From a virus (lineage: Duplodnaviria > Caudoviricetes), in the IMG/VR virus record IMGVR_UViG_3300050121_000032, positions 2,030-66,029 of that record: a DNA stretch of 64,000 bases; one strand, given 5' to 3'. Position numbers and translations under genes: made by a program. The notes below the pieces were generated by a model that was given only the letters and a program-made list of their open reading frames with translations, was not told where the DNA came from and ran no database searches. Positions within the stretch are counted from its first letter, which is position 1. The number at the start of each line of letters is the position of its first letter. Below, piece after piece: positions 20,269 to 29,029 of the stretch.

Positions 20269-21438
20269 TTAAGCCTTCGGCAGGAGGGCCGCTACGCGCG
20301 CATCGAGCAGAGCATCCGTCTCCTCGGGCTCGCCGGTGTCGGCGACCGTGTTCAGCTCCGCAGCTGCTACGGTCTGGACGGGCTGCTCCACACCGAACCC
20401 GGTGTCGATCGCGGCGCCAGCCGATGCAACAGGCCCAGCACTTACCGTCCCGGTAAGCGCGCCGAACCCGGTGTCGACATGAGCGGCCGCGGCAGCTTCC
20501 TCGGCGGCCTTGCGGGCAGCTTCGGCTTTGGCAGCAGCTTCAGCAGCAGCAGCCTTGGCGGCAGCTTCAGCAGCGAGCTTCGCAGCAGCGTCAGACGCAG
20601 CCTTGGCCACACGAGCAGCTTCGACAGCGGCAGCGTCCACCACGTTGCCAGCGGGCGTGGCAGCGGTCGCAGCAGCAGCCGGGCGGTGCGCCCCGATCTC
20701 GGTCTCGCCGGTGATGCGCAGCGACAGCGGGTCGTCACGCATGGGCAGGACCAGCGGGGCTTCCTTGTCCGTCAACGCCTGCAGGGCCCGGAAGGTCATC
20801 TGCGGGTGCGGCTTCTCGGGGTTGAACCCGATCCGCGTGATGAAGGACGCGAAGTGGAAGCCCTGTGCCGCCATGCCTTCACCCAGCAGGGCAAGGTCGT
20901 TGAGCGATGCAGCGGGCACGCGCAGGAAGACGGGCTCCATGAGCGGGGCGCCCAGCAGACGCGCGGTCAGGCTCGGCAGGACCAGCACAGCCAGACGCTT
21001 GTAGTCGGAGCAGTCGCGGGTCTTGCGGCCGTCCGGGTTCACCTTGAACACGTTCTTGGGGCAGATCGCGCAGGCCGTGGACTGCGGCGTGGCGATGTCG
21101 GCGTCGGGCGTGACACCGTCGAGCGCCGCGCAAACCGGGCGCGTACCGATAGCGCCGTCGGAGTACGTGCCCGGCGGGTAGTAGCTCTTCGACTTGTTCG
21201 GTAATTGTCTCAAGACAATTACGTCTAAAAAAGCAGCCGGCGAGCCGTCATCGGGGCGGGTGAAGGTATAGGTCTCACCGCGCAGGCGGAGCGTCCAGAC
21301 TTTGCCCTTATAGCCGATGATGCCGTAGCTCGAACCGATACCATCGGCCAAGCTCTCGGAGTGCGGGTCCAGTGCAGCGAACGCTGCAGCGGGCGCCATG
21401 CCTTTGAACGCGGAGATGTTCATCATATCAGTAGACAT
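20269..21438 (-). CDS. conserved replication-module protein (possible ssDNA-binding protein)
   Basis: CAICPKN...C Zn motif, acidic Ala-rich C-terminus, position between helicase and primase. Confidence 0.55.
   Translation of the reverse strand: MSTDMMNISAFKGMAPAAAFAALDPHSESLADGIGSSYGIIGYKGKVWTLRLRGETYTFTRPDDGSPAAFLDVIVLRQLPNKSKSYYPPGTYSDGAIGTRPVCAALDGVTPDADIATPQSTACAICPKNVFKVNPDGRKTRDCSDYKRLAVLVLPSLTARLLGAPLMEPVFLRVPAASLNDLALLGEGMAAQGFHFASFITRIGFNPEKPHPQMTFRALQALTDKEAPLVLPMRDDPLSLRITGETEIGAHRPAAAATAATPAGNVVDAAAVEAARVAKAASDAAAKLAAEAAAKAAAAEAAAKAEAARKAAEEAAAAAHVDTGFGALTGTVSAGPVASAGAAIDTGFGVEQPVQTVAAAELNTVADTGEPEETDALLDARVAALLPKA
20442..20456. promoter_or_regulatory. dispersed palindrome TTACCG-TCC-CGGTAA (intragenic, LTGTV)
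   Basis: exact arm match. Confidence 0.8.
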
Positions 21439-21460
21439 AGAAGTGGTTCCTTCGTTGGGT

Positions 21461-21475
21461 TTACCGCGGCGGTAA
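21461..21475. promoter_or_regulatory. dispersed palindrome TTACCG-CGG-CGGTAA (intergenic, 1 nt after a stop)
   Basis: exact motif match. Confidence 0.85.
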
Positions 21476-21476
21476 C

Positions 21477-21911
21477 TTAGGTGCCGGAAGCGCGGCGCAC
21501 TCCGACAGTGCTGATCGCACTCAGATTGACCCCGGGGGGTAGGGTTCCATGCTCGGAAACATAGTCACGGACGGAGGTCACGTTGGCCTTGCGGTCGAGG
21601 AGGTCGTAGCTCTCGGTGTCTTTGACGAACTTCATGAAGGCTTCCGGGTCCGCGAGCGAGGCACTGTACCGGGTCGTGGTGTAACAGGTGCCGTAGGTGG
21701 TCTTGACGCTGTCAGCGCCAGCGGTCTCCATGAACTCTTGCAGCCATCCGGTTAACATATTCTGAAGTTCGACGAGCGGCTTGATCTGCAAATCGTGCTT
21801 GTCGTTCGCAGCTTTGATCGCGTCACGCACGCGAATGTACTCACTGATGCGCTGTTCGACCTTCACCTTTACAGCCGTGTCCGTGTCCGGGGCCGGTGCA
21901 GTTTCAGACAT
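21477..21911 (-). CDS. conserved phage hypothetical protein (replication module)
   Basis: AAGGAG RBS; coiled N-terminus, SVKTTYGT...LPPGVN. Confidence 0.7.
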   Translation of the reverse strand: MSETAPAPDTDTAVKVKVEQRISEYIRVRDAIKAANDKHDLQIKPLVELQNMLTGWLQEFMETAGADSVKTTYGTCYTTTRYSASLADPEAFMKFVKDTESYDLLDRKANVTSVRDYVSEHGTLPPGVNLSAISTVGVRRASGT

Positions 21912-21963
21912 GTAAGTTCTCCTTTGTTTGCAGGGGTTATTGTGATCTGGCGCGTCGGGCAAA

Positions 21964-23511
21964 CTACGCTGCGCCGGTGGCTTCTCCCAACATCTCCAGC
22001 AGCATGTTCTGGACCTTCTCTTTTCGCTGCAGGAGGGCGTATATTTTCTTCTCCACTGGTGTGGACTGGAGGTGGAGGATTTTCTGTTTGTAGCGTTGCC
22101 CGACGCGCGTGATGCGGGCGTTAGCCTGCTCGTAGATTTCGAGGCTCGTGATCGGGAGATACCAGATGATGGTGTCGGCGGCCGTCAGCGTCAGACCGTG
22201 GGCCACACAAACCGGATGCGCCAGCAGCACCTTGTATTTGGTCGTGTGCTGGAACAGGTTGAACAGCTCGCCGCGTCCGGACACATCTCCGTGAACGATA
22301 GCGTGCTCGATCCCGGCGGCTTCAAGAATTGGTGATAGGCCTTCGATGGCATGGCGGAAGGGGACATAGACGATCACCTTGCGCTCGTTTTCGTTGATCA
22401 GGTCGACCAGCATCTGGTGGCGTGGCATCGGCTCGTCTGGCTTGAAGACTGGGATCGCCCCGAGTGGATTGGCGTAGACCCAGCCGCCGCTCACCTGCAG
22501 CAACTTGCCCATCGCCACGGCCGCATTGACTGCCGTGACTTGCCCGCCAGCCACATCGGCTTTGAACTCGGTCGCCAGCGTCTTGTAGACCTTGCTCTGC
22601 AGTGGGGTCATCGGCACGTCGATGGTGCGCGAGATTACCTCGGGCAGCTCCACCACGGCATCCAGATCGAACCGCACGTTTGGCTGCAGCATGCGCATGG
22701 CACGCTCGATCGCCTCAGGCTTCGGCACCCACTTAAAATTGTTGATCTTGTTCATCAGCATTTCCTGCGCCTGCCGGAAATACTTTGGTGCGGTGTTGGG
22801 CGTCACGATCTTGGCCTGCGCCCAGACGTCGGTAGGTTCGTTGGGCATCGGTCTTCCAGTGAGGCCCCAAACAATCTTGAAGCGTTCGGCGAATTTTCGC
22901 ATATGCTTGGAACGATCCGAATTATTGCGGTAAACAGCAAGCTCATCAAGACAAAGCACGTCAATGTCAGTGCGGAGGCTAAGCTCGGCCGCGATCGTCT
23001 TGAGCCCGTCGTGGTTGATGACGTAGATGTCGGCGTCGGAGGCGAGGGCTTCGAGCCGCTTTGCTTTTGTGCCATGGAGGATTGCTACCTTTATATTGGG
23101 CAGGGTCGAGAACGCCTCGGCCTGCCATACGAACCGGAGCGTCGAGAGGGTGGCCACAACGAGCATCTTGCCGCAGTAGCCCTTACCGTGAAGGTAATCC
23201 CAAGCCCACAGCGTGCTCTTCGTCTTGCCGGTCCCCATCGAGTTGAGGACGTAGCTGCGCGGCGCGGTCGTCATCATGTCCATCGTGCGCCGCTGCACGG
23301 CGAACGGCTTGACGTGTCCGAAGTCGTAGTAGCACAGCATCGGGTTCGGCACCTTGTGCCCCAGATGCCGCAGCATGATGGTCTCTTGCAGGCCGTGCGG
23401 CACCACCAGAGCAGCATCGTCCAACGACAACGCACTCGGGAACATGTTCTCGGTCTTCGGATCGCGTGGGATCACGAGGGCTTGGTTGGGCCGGGAGATT
23501 TTGATACTCAT
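21964..23511 (-). CDS. SNF2-like (superfamily 2) DNA helicase
   Basis: MGTGKT, LDE, LTGRP, GLTLTAA and QANARITRVGQ motifs. Confidence 0.9.
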   Translation of the reverse strand: MSIKISRPNQALVIPRDPKTENMFPSALSLDDAALVVPHGLQETIMLRHLGHKVPNPMLCYYDFGHVKPFAVQRRTMDMMTTAPRSYVLNSMGTGKTKSTLWAWDYLHGKGYCGKMLVVATLSTLRFVWQAEAFSTLPNIKVAILHGTKAKRLEALASDADIYVINHDGLKTIAAELSLRTDIDVLCLDELAVYRNNSDRSKHMRKFAERFKIVWGLTGRPMPNEPTDVWAQAKIVTPNTAPKYFRQAQEMLMNKINNFKWVPKPEAIERAMRMLQPNVRFDLDAVVELPEVISRTIDVPMTPLQSKVYKTLATEFKADVAGGQVTAVNAAVAMGKLLQVSGGWVYANPLGAIPVFKPDEPMPRHQMLVDLINENERKVIVYVPFRHAIEGLSPILEAAGIEHAIVHGDVSGRGELFNLFQHTTKYKVLLAHPVCVAHGLTLTAADTIIWYLPITSLEIYEQANARITRVGQRYKQKILHLQSTPVEKKIYALLQRKEKVQNMLLEMLGEATGAA

Positions 23512-23813
23512 CTGACTTTTCTCTTGGAGCGCAACACGGGGGTCGTCGGCGGATAGAGTTTCTGCTCGCAAGCCGGGCACCATACTAGCTCGGCCCGGTA
23601 GGATCGTTCGCAGTTGATGCAGAAGAGCAGGTCCCCGAACTGGTGGTGGAGGAAGCGGCCGGCGTCTTCCTCCTCACTCAGCCCGGTCTGTATTGGCGCG
23701 GCCCGGTTCTCGGGCTGGGGGTCGGTCACCTCAGCGAGGTGCCAATCTTCCAGCCCCAACGGGTCGCTATAGCTTGTCGGCTCGGGCAATGGCGGCCGTT
23801 TTTGAAAAGCCAT
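23508..23813 (-). CDS. hypothetical protein with Zn ribbon (start uncertain)
   Basis: CINC...CPAC; ATGA overlap with helicase. Confidence 0.45.
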   Translation of the reverse strand: MAFQKRPPLPEPTSYSDPLGLEDWHLAEVTDPQPENRAAPIQTGLSEEEDAGRFLHHQFGDLLFCINCERSYRAELVWCPACEQKLYPPTTPVLRSKRKVR

Positions 23814-24114
23814 CGGGGTATCTCTTCTGCAGTTTGGTGATGTTGCCTGCGATCACGTCAGCGAACGACACGTCCATCTTGATGCACAGCATCGTGAAGT
23901 AGTGCAGCACGTCGCCCATCTCTTCGAGCACCTTCTCGCGGTCGATGTGCTTGTCGTAGACCCACATCTTCTTCATGTGGTCGAGCACCTCCGCACTCTC
24001 GCCGGCGAGCCCTACGGCTGCGTGCAGGAAGCCGTCAGCGCCGGTGCGCTTGGACTGGAAGAGGCCGTCGACGAACTCTCGGAAGTTAGCTTCTGTTGGG
24101 GCGATGAAGGGCAT
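23767..24114 (-). CDS. MazG-like nucleotide pyrophosphohydrolase
   Basis: GLAGESAEVLD...EEMGDVLHY...NITKLQKRYPDGF; GAGG RBS. Confidence 0.9.
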   Translation of the reverse strand: MPFIAPTEANFREFVDGLFQSKRTGADGFLHAAVGLAGESAEVLDHMKKMWVYDKHIDREKVLEEMGDVLHYFTMLCIKMDVSFADVIAGNITKLQKRYPDGFSKTAAIARADKL

Positions 24115-24332
24115 GGTTTGCTTTCCTCGTAAGTGATATGGGCGCGATGTCGAATTGCGGCGCTGCGCTTGGGGTCGTTGTGGTAGCGTAGCCGCTCGTA
24201 GGCGGCCCTGCACTGTTTGCACCGTCGCACGCGATACTTCTTACCGTTCTGCGGCGTGACGGTCGTGTGGCCGGTATTCGGCACGGTGAACTTGTGCCCG
24301 CGATCACAGTGGGTCTTGAGTTGGGGGGCCAT
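24012..24332 (-). CDS. small Zn-binding protein (HNH-associated THC-x-RGH...RCxxC module)
   Basis: KTHCDRGHKF...RRCKQC. Confidence 0.55.
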   Translation of the reverse strand: MAPQLKTHCDRGHKFTVPNTGHTTVTPQNGKKYRVRRCKQCRAAYERLRYHNDPKRSAAIRHRAHITYEESKPCPSSPQQKLTSESSSTASSSPSAPALTASCTQP

Positions 24333-24855
24333 TCTCAGTTACCGCCGCAGTAACTGCTCGATCGTCGCCACCCGCTGCCGGCTTAGCGCGTCGTTGGGAT
24401 TTTTTACGAGGTGCGCCATGATCCCCGCCAGTTGCTGCGTTAGCCGCTTTGTCTTGCTGCTCGTGGCGCAAGTGTTGTTCGTAATACCTTTGCGTTTCCG
24501 CGGGGGTTGCGTTACCTGCCCAGTTGGCGAGGGATCGTGCGAGGCCATTGTCTGCAAACTCCAGTGCGAGGATGATCTTCATTGCGATGGCGAGCGAGCC
24601 CTCGTCCCAGACGACAAGCACAATGCCACCAGCGGCCTCCATTGCCGCCTTGGTACCTTCCTGCATCGGGGTTAATTTTTTCCCCGGTGCCTTGGTCTCG
24701 ATGGCGACAAAGCGCCCGCGTATGCACAGCAGATAGTCGAGGGCCGGCACTCCGAAGCCGGTTTGGACGGGCATAAAGCGCCAGCAGTCTGGTCCCAGAC
24801 TGTCCAGCGCCTTCTTCACCAGTCGTTTTACTTTTGCTTCGGGAGTAGTTCCCAC
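24304..24855 (-). CDS. VRR-NUC domain nuclease (Holliday junction resolvase-like)
   Basis: PEAKVK...GVPALD...FVAIETKAPGKKLTPMQ. Confidence 0.85.
   Translation of the reverse strand: MGTTPEAKVKRLVKKALDSLGPDCWRFMPVQTGFGVPALDYLLCIRGRFVAIETKAPGKKLTPMQEGTKAAMEAAGGIVLVVWDEGSLAIAMKIILALEFADNGLARSLANWAGNATPAETQRYYEQHLRHEQQDKAANAATGGDHGAPRKKSQRRAKPAAGGDDRAVTAAVTENGPPTQDPL
24339..24548 (-). CDS. small basic hypothetical protein nested in the VRR-NUC C-terminal extension
   Basis: GGAG RBS before MASHD...; different frame from VRR-NUC. Confidence 0.45.
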   Translation of the reverse strand: MASHDPSPTGQVTQPPRKRKGITNNTCATSSKTKRLTQQLAGIMAHLVKNPNDALSRQRVATIEQLLRR

Positions 24856-25289
24856 GTTCGCCCCCTTTCCAGCGTTCCCCATGTCTTCCAACGCCACGAA
24901 GCAAGAGCAACGCTTATGCCGAGGGCAGAGGCCCATTCGCCTAGTGTCTTCGTTTGCCCATGATGCAGCCAGCGTTTTGTAGCCCGTTTGTTTTTCTCTT
25001 GGTCGCTGGCAGTCGCCCAGCGCACGTTTCCCGGCCTGTAGTCGCCAGTTGTATCGGGGTAGCGATCAATAGACATCCCTCTGGGGCGGGAGCCAACATG
25101 TTCAAGGAACGCCGGAAAGCTCTCCCTCCATACGGCACACACCTGCACACCGAGGCCGCCGTAGCGAGGATAATCTTTGGCGTTGGGGTTGTGGCAGCGC
25201 TGTATCATACCCCGCCAGATCGCGTGCTCGCTGGTTTCACGATTGCCAACATAGGCACCATGACTAACAGCTATTCCCTTGGAAGCCAT
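24828..25289 (-). CDS. HNH homing endonuclease-like protein
   Basis: WRGMIQRCHNPN..YPRYGG...SIDRYPD...YRPGNVRWAT. Confidence 0.85.
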   Translation of the reverse strand: MASKGIAVSHGAYVGNRETSEHAIWRGMIQRCHNPNAKDYPRYGGLGVQVCAVWRESFPAFLEHVGSRPRGMSIDRYPDTTGDYRPGNVRWATASDQEKNKRATKRWLHHGQTKTLGEWASALGISVALASWRWKTWGTLERGRTWELLPKQK

Positions 25290-25293
25290 TTGC

Positions 25294-25839
25294 TCACTTC
25301 CTCCACCCATGCTCCCACAGCCGCTCGATCTGCATTTTGCAATCGCCAAGCGGGTGGTGGGCGAGATAGTCCTCGGTGCTCCCCAGATGCGTGACTTCGG
25401 GGTTGGTATCGTAGAAAGTCCTCGCGTCACGAGGAGCGCTGTACTTCCACGGCGGCTCCATGTTGTTGGCCCGGTAGAGGCTCTCCATGATGCCGATATC
25501 GAACACGATGCCGTTAGCCCAGACGCGGGGGGCGTCCTTTACGAACTCGGCCAGCCCCATGAGCGCTTCACGCACGGACTTGTAGTCGACGTTGGGGCCG
25601 TGCCAGTGATCGGATGCGCTGAGCGGTTGCTTCTGCCAGAACTCCTGCGTCTTCTGGTCGATGTGCCGACCGGTCATGATCTGCTCCATCAAGCTCGGCA
25701 CCGCGAAGAACGTCGCCTGAAAGACAGGTCCGTCGTCGCCACAGCTGAAGCGTACGGCGCCGATCGACAGCACCAGAGCATTGGGTCGGGTCGACAGCGT
25801 TTCGATGTCGAGCATCACGTCTAGGCCTTCGGTAGCCAT
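25294..25839 (-). CDS. 3'-5' exonuclease (DEDD, DUF5051 / exoVIII-like)
   Basis: LDIETL, WANG..FD, RDART, HHPLGDC. Confidence 0.85.
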   Translation of the reverse strand: MATEGLDVMLDIETLSTRPNALVLSIGAVRFSCGDDGPVFQATFFAVPSLMEQIMTGRHIDQKTQEFWQKQPLSASDHWHGPNVDYKSVREALMGLAEFVKDAPRVWANGIVFDIGIMESLYRANNMEPPWKYSAPRDARTFYDTNPEVTHLGSTEDYLAHHPLGDCKMQIERLWEHGWRK

Positions 25840-26129
25840 GTTTCGATGTCCTCCTGTTGGGGTTTTACCGTGGCGGTAACTTCGTGGTCGGCGAGCGGCG
25901 GGTTCGTCGGTGCGGCTCGGCGGGGCGCCTTGGGCAGTGCCTTGAGGACTGCGGCCAGCGCTTCCGCCGGGTCGGTGGTCGTCACCTGCACGTAGGAGTG
26001 CGCCGACGAGGGCGTCGCCTTGGCGTGCCAGTAGGTCGTCTTGCGGTCTTCGCTCTCAACCGGGTACAGGGTGAGATGCGTCAGGCCCTTCGCTGCCGCT
26101 TCGCGCAGGGCCTCTTCGAGCGTGCTCAT
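25821..26129 (-). CDS. hypothetical protein
   Basis: ATGA coupling; MSTLEEALREAAAKG... Confidence 0.65.
   Translation of the reverse strand: MSTLEEALREAAAKGLTHLTLYPVESEDRKTTYWHAKATPSSAHSYVQVTTTDPAEALAAVLKALPKAPRRAAPTNPPLADHEVTATVKPQQEDIETWLPKA
25865..25879. promoter_or_regulatory. dispersed palindrome TTACCG-TGG-CGGTAA (intragenic near gene end, VTATV)
   Basis: exact motif match. Confidence 0.85.
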
Positions 26130-26287
26130 CGCAGCAGCCACACGCCGATCACTGCGATGGTCAGCACCACGATGGCGAGCACGCGCAGGTCGATCTCGAT
26201 AACTGTCTGTGCCCCCGGGGGCAGGTCTTCTTTTTTCAAAGGGTCTCTCCCATTCCATGCGCGGTCCCACCCGCGACGTTGTTTCAT
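26126..26287 (-). CDS. small membrane protein
   Basis: C-terminal TM helix; ATGA overlaps. Confidence 0.6.
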   Translation of the reverse strand: MKQRRGWDRAWNGRDPLKKEDLPPGAQTVIEIDLRVLAIVVLTIAVIGVWLLR

Positions 26288-26436
26288 TGTCCCGCCAGCT
26301 TGGCGGTGTGGGACTTCCCGATCCACTCGGGACCGGTATAGACCGGCGGCTTGTAGGGGCCGCGCTTCTTGCCGCGTCGGGCAGGCGGCTTTTTAGCTGA
26401 AGATGGTGAGGGGTTGTCCTGCTTCTTCTTGGCCAT
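26284..26436 (-). CDS. small basic protein (50 aa, not in ORF track)
   Basis: GGAG RBS; MAKKKQDNPSPSSAKKPPARRGKKRGPYKPP...; ATGA overlap. Confidence 0.55.
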   Translation of the reverse strand: MAKKKQDNPSPSSAKKPPARRGKKRGPYKPPVYTGPEWIGKSHTAKLAGQ

Positions 26437-26713
26437 AATGCTCCTCCAGTGATTGCCGTGCTCTCTGCTTGTGGGTCTGGTATTCCCAGCGCAGGTCGAC
26501 GCCGGTGTATGTGTTGTCGTCGTAGGTCGGGCGGCGCCAGCGGTGTCCGAACCAGTAGCGAGGATGCCACTTCGGGGTCTGTTGCCAATCGTTGTGCAGG
26601 AGCTTGTCCACTGTTTTCTGCAGCACCTTGTTGACTTCGTCGTCCCACTTCTTCTTTACCGCCGCGGTAAGATAGAACTGGGCCTGCTGCATGCGAACCC
26701 TGATCTCAGTCAC
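26393..26713 (-). CDS. hypothetical protein
   Basis: GTG 2 nt after the nuclease stop; Trp-rich. Confidence 0.55.
   Translation of the reverse strand: MTEIRVRMQQAQFYLTAAVKKKWDDEVNKVLQKTVDKLLHNDWQQTPKWHPRYWFGHRWRRPTYDDNTYTGVDLRWEYQTHKQRARQSLEEHYGQEEAGQPLTIFS
26656..26670. promoter_or_regulatory. dispersed palindrome TTACCG-CCG-CGGTAA (intragenic, LTAAV)
   Basis: exact motif match. Confidence 0.85.
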
Positions 26714-26715
26714 CG

Positions 26716-27438
26716 TTATTTGGCGCCTTTCTTCCAGAACGGGCAGCTCGCCACAGGACAGTAGCTCTTGCATAGCCTGCCGGGCTTCGGCGGATAGGTC
26801 AGCGTCTTCGATGCGTTCTCCAAGGCGTTGACACGCTCCATCAGGTGGACCCATTGGTTCGCTACCTCCTGCCGTGTGAATAGCTCGGGCGTCTGGGCGT
26901 CGAACTTGAGCCAGACGAACTCGCTGCGGACATATTTGAGTTGCGGGTAATGGCTGAACAGACACTGCGCCATCAGCATCAGCTGCACGCTGTCCTCGAC
27001 GATCTTGCCGGTCTTCCAATCCAGCACCAGCGCCAGATCGCTGTCCAGCCGCACCACGTCGCCAATGCCGCGGTACCATGCGTCGGGTGCGAAGTAGGCG
27101 GTCTTCTGGAAGTCGCGATTGATGGCGTACTTCTGCTCGACCAGCAGCTGGCCGGGGCCAGCTCGCACGCGGTCTACCCAACCCTGATACGCCGCCATCT
27201 CGGGCGGCATCTTGTGCGGCGGGTTTATGAGGGTGTGCTTGAAGGCATCGTGAACACGGTTGCCCCAGTTGAGCGCGCTGTCAGGGTCGTCGCTCTGCGT
27301 CTCGACATGACTCTTGGCGATGTCGACCTCGTAGTGCTTCTTCGGGCACTCCTCGAAATTCTTCAGCTTGCTGTAGCTCCAGCTCCAGTCCTTGCCGATC
27401 CGTGGTGCCGCTATCGTGTCGCCGGTAATCTTCGCCAT
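26716..27438 (-). CDS. PD-(D/E)XK nuclease, RecB/Cas4-like exonuclease
   Basis: WSYSKL...CP, GNRVH, D...DWKTG, QL and C-terminal Cys cluster. Confidence 0.85.
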   Translation of the reverse strand: MAKITGDTIAAPRIGKDWSWSYSKLKNFEECPKKHYEVDIAKSHVETQSDDPDSALNWGNRVHDAFKHTLINPPHKMPPEMAAYQGWVDRVRAGPGQLLVEQKYAINRDFQKTAYFAPDAWYRGIGDVVRLDSDLALVLDWKTGKIVEDSVQLMLMAQCLFSHYPQLKYVRSEFVWLKFDAQTPELFTRQEVANQWVHLMERVNALENASKTLTYPPKPGRLCKSYCPVASCPFWKKGAK

Positions 27439-27893
27439 TATCTGCTCCCGCTCGGGTGATGTTGCTCCCACAGGGCCAGCTGCGCCATCAGCGCGTCGGA
27501 TGGGAAAATAAGTGCGTCGTCCTGTATCTGGAACGGCTCGTAGTTGGAGTTGGTCGGGTGGAGCGACACCCATACCTTGTCACCGTGCTGGCTTGCCAGC
27601 AGCTTGAACGGTAGCTCGTAGCCGAAGTCGCGATGGCCCTCCTTTACCGCCTTGGTGCGATACCAGCGGTCCCAGATCGCGTCTTCCAGTGACTGGATGG
27701 ACTGGATGCGCGTCTCGGGGACCATCACCGGCGGGGGATCGCACACTGGCACCACGTTGCCGATATTGATGGCCACGCCGGCTTTGGCGAGGCGCTCGAT
27801 GTCGGACACCGGCAGTTGGTGCATGAACTGCGGCTGCGAGTTCACGTGGTCGACGAACCCATAGCGCGGGTCGTAGTCTTTTCCAACAGCCAT
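27438..27893 (-). CDS. hypothetical protein
   Basis: Coupled ORF with GGAGG RBS. Confidence 0.65.
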   Translation of the reverse strand: MAVGKDYDPRYGFVDHVNSQPQFMHQLPVSDIERLAKAGVAINIGNVVPVCDPPPVMVPETRIQSIQSLEDAIWDRWYRTKAVKEGHRDFGYELPFKLLASQHGDKVWVSLHPTNSNYEPFQIQDDALIFPSDALMAQLALWEQHHPSGSR

Positions 27894-28315
27894 CACTTCC
27901 TCCGCTTCTTTACCGTCGCGGTAATCCGCGCCACGTTGTGGTAGCCGACTTCGAGCAGCGCCGATCGTTCAAAGTTGCGTTTCCATGCCACCGGTCGGGC
28001 GTACTCCAACGGGTCGCTATCCTTGTAGTCGTTTATCCGAACCCGGTTTCGCTCCGACATTCCGGAGTGGATGGCCAGTGCGATGCCCGCCACGAGCTGT
28101 TCGCTCGGAAAGTCCTTGCGCGCCTCGGCAAATATCTGGTCCTCGATCTGCAGCCTCAACGCGTCGGGGTCGTTGTCCTCGAGCACGCGCAGGTGGCCGG
28201 CGTTGATCCAGCCACCGATCCGGTTGACGCGCTCTTGGTGCAGGTGGGCGCGCATCAGCACATCCGCATCCCGCTCGAAATTGTCGTCGTCTGCGACCAC
28301 CACGATCCGGCTCAC
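27893..28315 (-). CDS. hypothetical protein
   Basis: GTGA overlap, AAGGAG RBS; FPSEQLVA resembles FPSDALMA of the downstream gene. Confidence 0.65.
   Translation of the reverse strand: MSRIVVVADDDNFERDADVLMRAHLHQERVNRIGGWINAGHLRVLEDNDPDALRLQIEDQIFAEARKDFPSEQLVAGIALAIHSGMSERNRVRINDYKDSDPLEYARPVAWKRNFERSALLEVGYHNVARITATVKKRRK
27910..27924. promoter_or_regulatory. dispersed palindrome TTACCG-TCG-CGGTAA (gene end, ITATV)
   Basis: exact motif match. Confidence 0.85.
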
Positions 28316-28527
28316 TTGAAGCGCTCCTTGTTCTGCTCGCGCAGGCGTCGGTTATATTCCTTGGCGCTGACATGGTGCGTCGGCGTCGGGGGCTCGTAAT
28401 TCGGGTCGAACTGGCGGGCCAGCAGGTCCTGCAGGGCTCCGTACTTTTGGTTGGTAACCTCGGCGCCACGGTTCATCTCCGCGTCTCGGATTTGCTCGGG
28501 TGTCAGGCCGGTCCGCCAGTCGCTCAT
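28312..28527 (-). CDS. hypothetical protein
   Basis: MSDWRTGLTPEQ...; coupled to next gene. Confidence 0.55.
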   Translation of the reverse strand: MSDWRTGLTPEQIRDAEMNRGAEVTNQKYGALQDLLARQFDPNYEPPTPTHHVSAKEYNRRLREQNKERFK

Positions 28528-28540
28528 TGCATGCTCTGTT

Positions 28541-28555
28541 TTACCGTCGCGGTAA
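28541..28555. promoter_or_regulatory. dispersed palindrome TTACCG-TCG-CGGTAA (intergenic, abutting a stop)
   Basis: exact motif match. Confidence 0.85.
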
Positions 28556-29029
28556 CTATGCCTTCGCGCCTCGCGGCAGCGGGAGACCGTGCTCTTTCTC
28601 CAGCTCCTCCTGCAGCAGAGCCATCGCGCGCCACGCCAGCGCTGCGGTGTGGCGGATATCACCGTCAAAGCCGCCGCGCTCGGTCAGGTGCCGCATGATG
28701 CAGTCCGCGTGATCCATGCTCTTGCCTCGGGCATGGTGCATCGGTTCACCGGGGTTATGCTTCTGGTTGCCCTTGAAGCTCACCTCGGCCACTGCAGCAC
28801 AGGCGTCGGGGAAATAATCCAGCAGGCCCGTGGTCAACGGGAAGCGTTTGCGGTGAGCGCTGTCGCCCTCGATCAGTCGCTGTCGCTTCATGATCTCAGG
28901 GGCGGGCGCCCAACTCGCGAGGCCCGGCGCCCAACTCGCGAGGCCCGGCGCCCAACTCGCGAGGCCCGGCGCGGCCGATTTTAAAGAACGCGCGCGGTGG
29001 GCAGTCTTTTGCTTGCTGGTCTTACGCAC
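28556..29029 (-). CDS. dATP/dGTP diphosphohydrolase-like protein (DUF5664-like)
   Basis: FPDACAAVAEVSFKGNQKHNPG...DHADCIMRHL...AWRAMALLQ. Confidence 0.75.
   Translation of the reverse strand: MRKTSKQKTAHRARSLKSAAPGLASWAPGLASWAPGLASWAPAPEIMKRQRLIEGDSAHRKRFPLTTGLLDYFPDACAAVAEVSFKGNQKHNPGEPMHHARGKSMDHADCIMRHLTERGGFDGDIRHTAALAWRAMALLQEELEKEHGLPLPRGAKA
28905..28972. repeat. 21-bp tandem repeat x3 (GGCGCCCAACTCGCGAGGCCC)
   Basis: Three identical units; encodes APGLASW x3 on the minus strand. Confidence 0.95.

Noticed and set aside
26716-27438. Cas4-like nuclease as evidence of a CRISPR system
   Set aside because: No repeat-spacer array or other cas genes; solo PD-(D/E)XK nucleases are routine in phage replication modules.
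28905-28972. 21-bp repeats or the dispersed palindromes as a CRISPR array
   Set aside because: The tandem units have no spacers, and the palindromes are irregularly spaced hundreds to thousands of bases apart.
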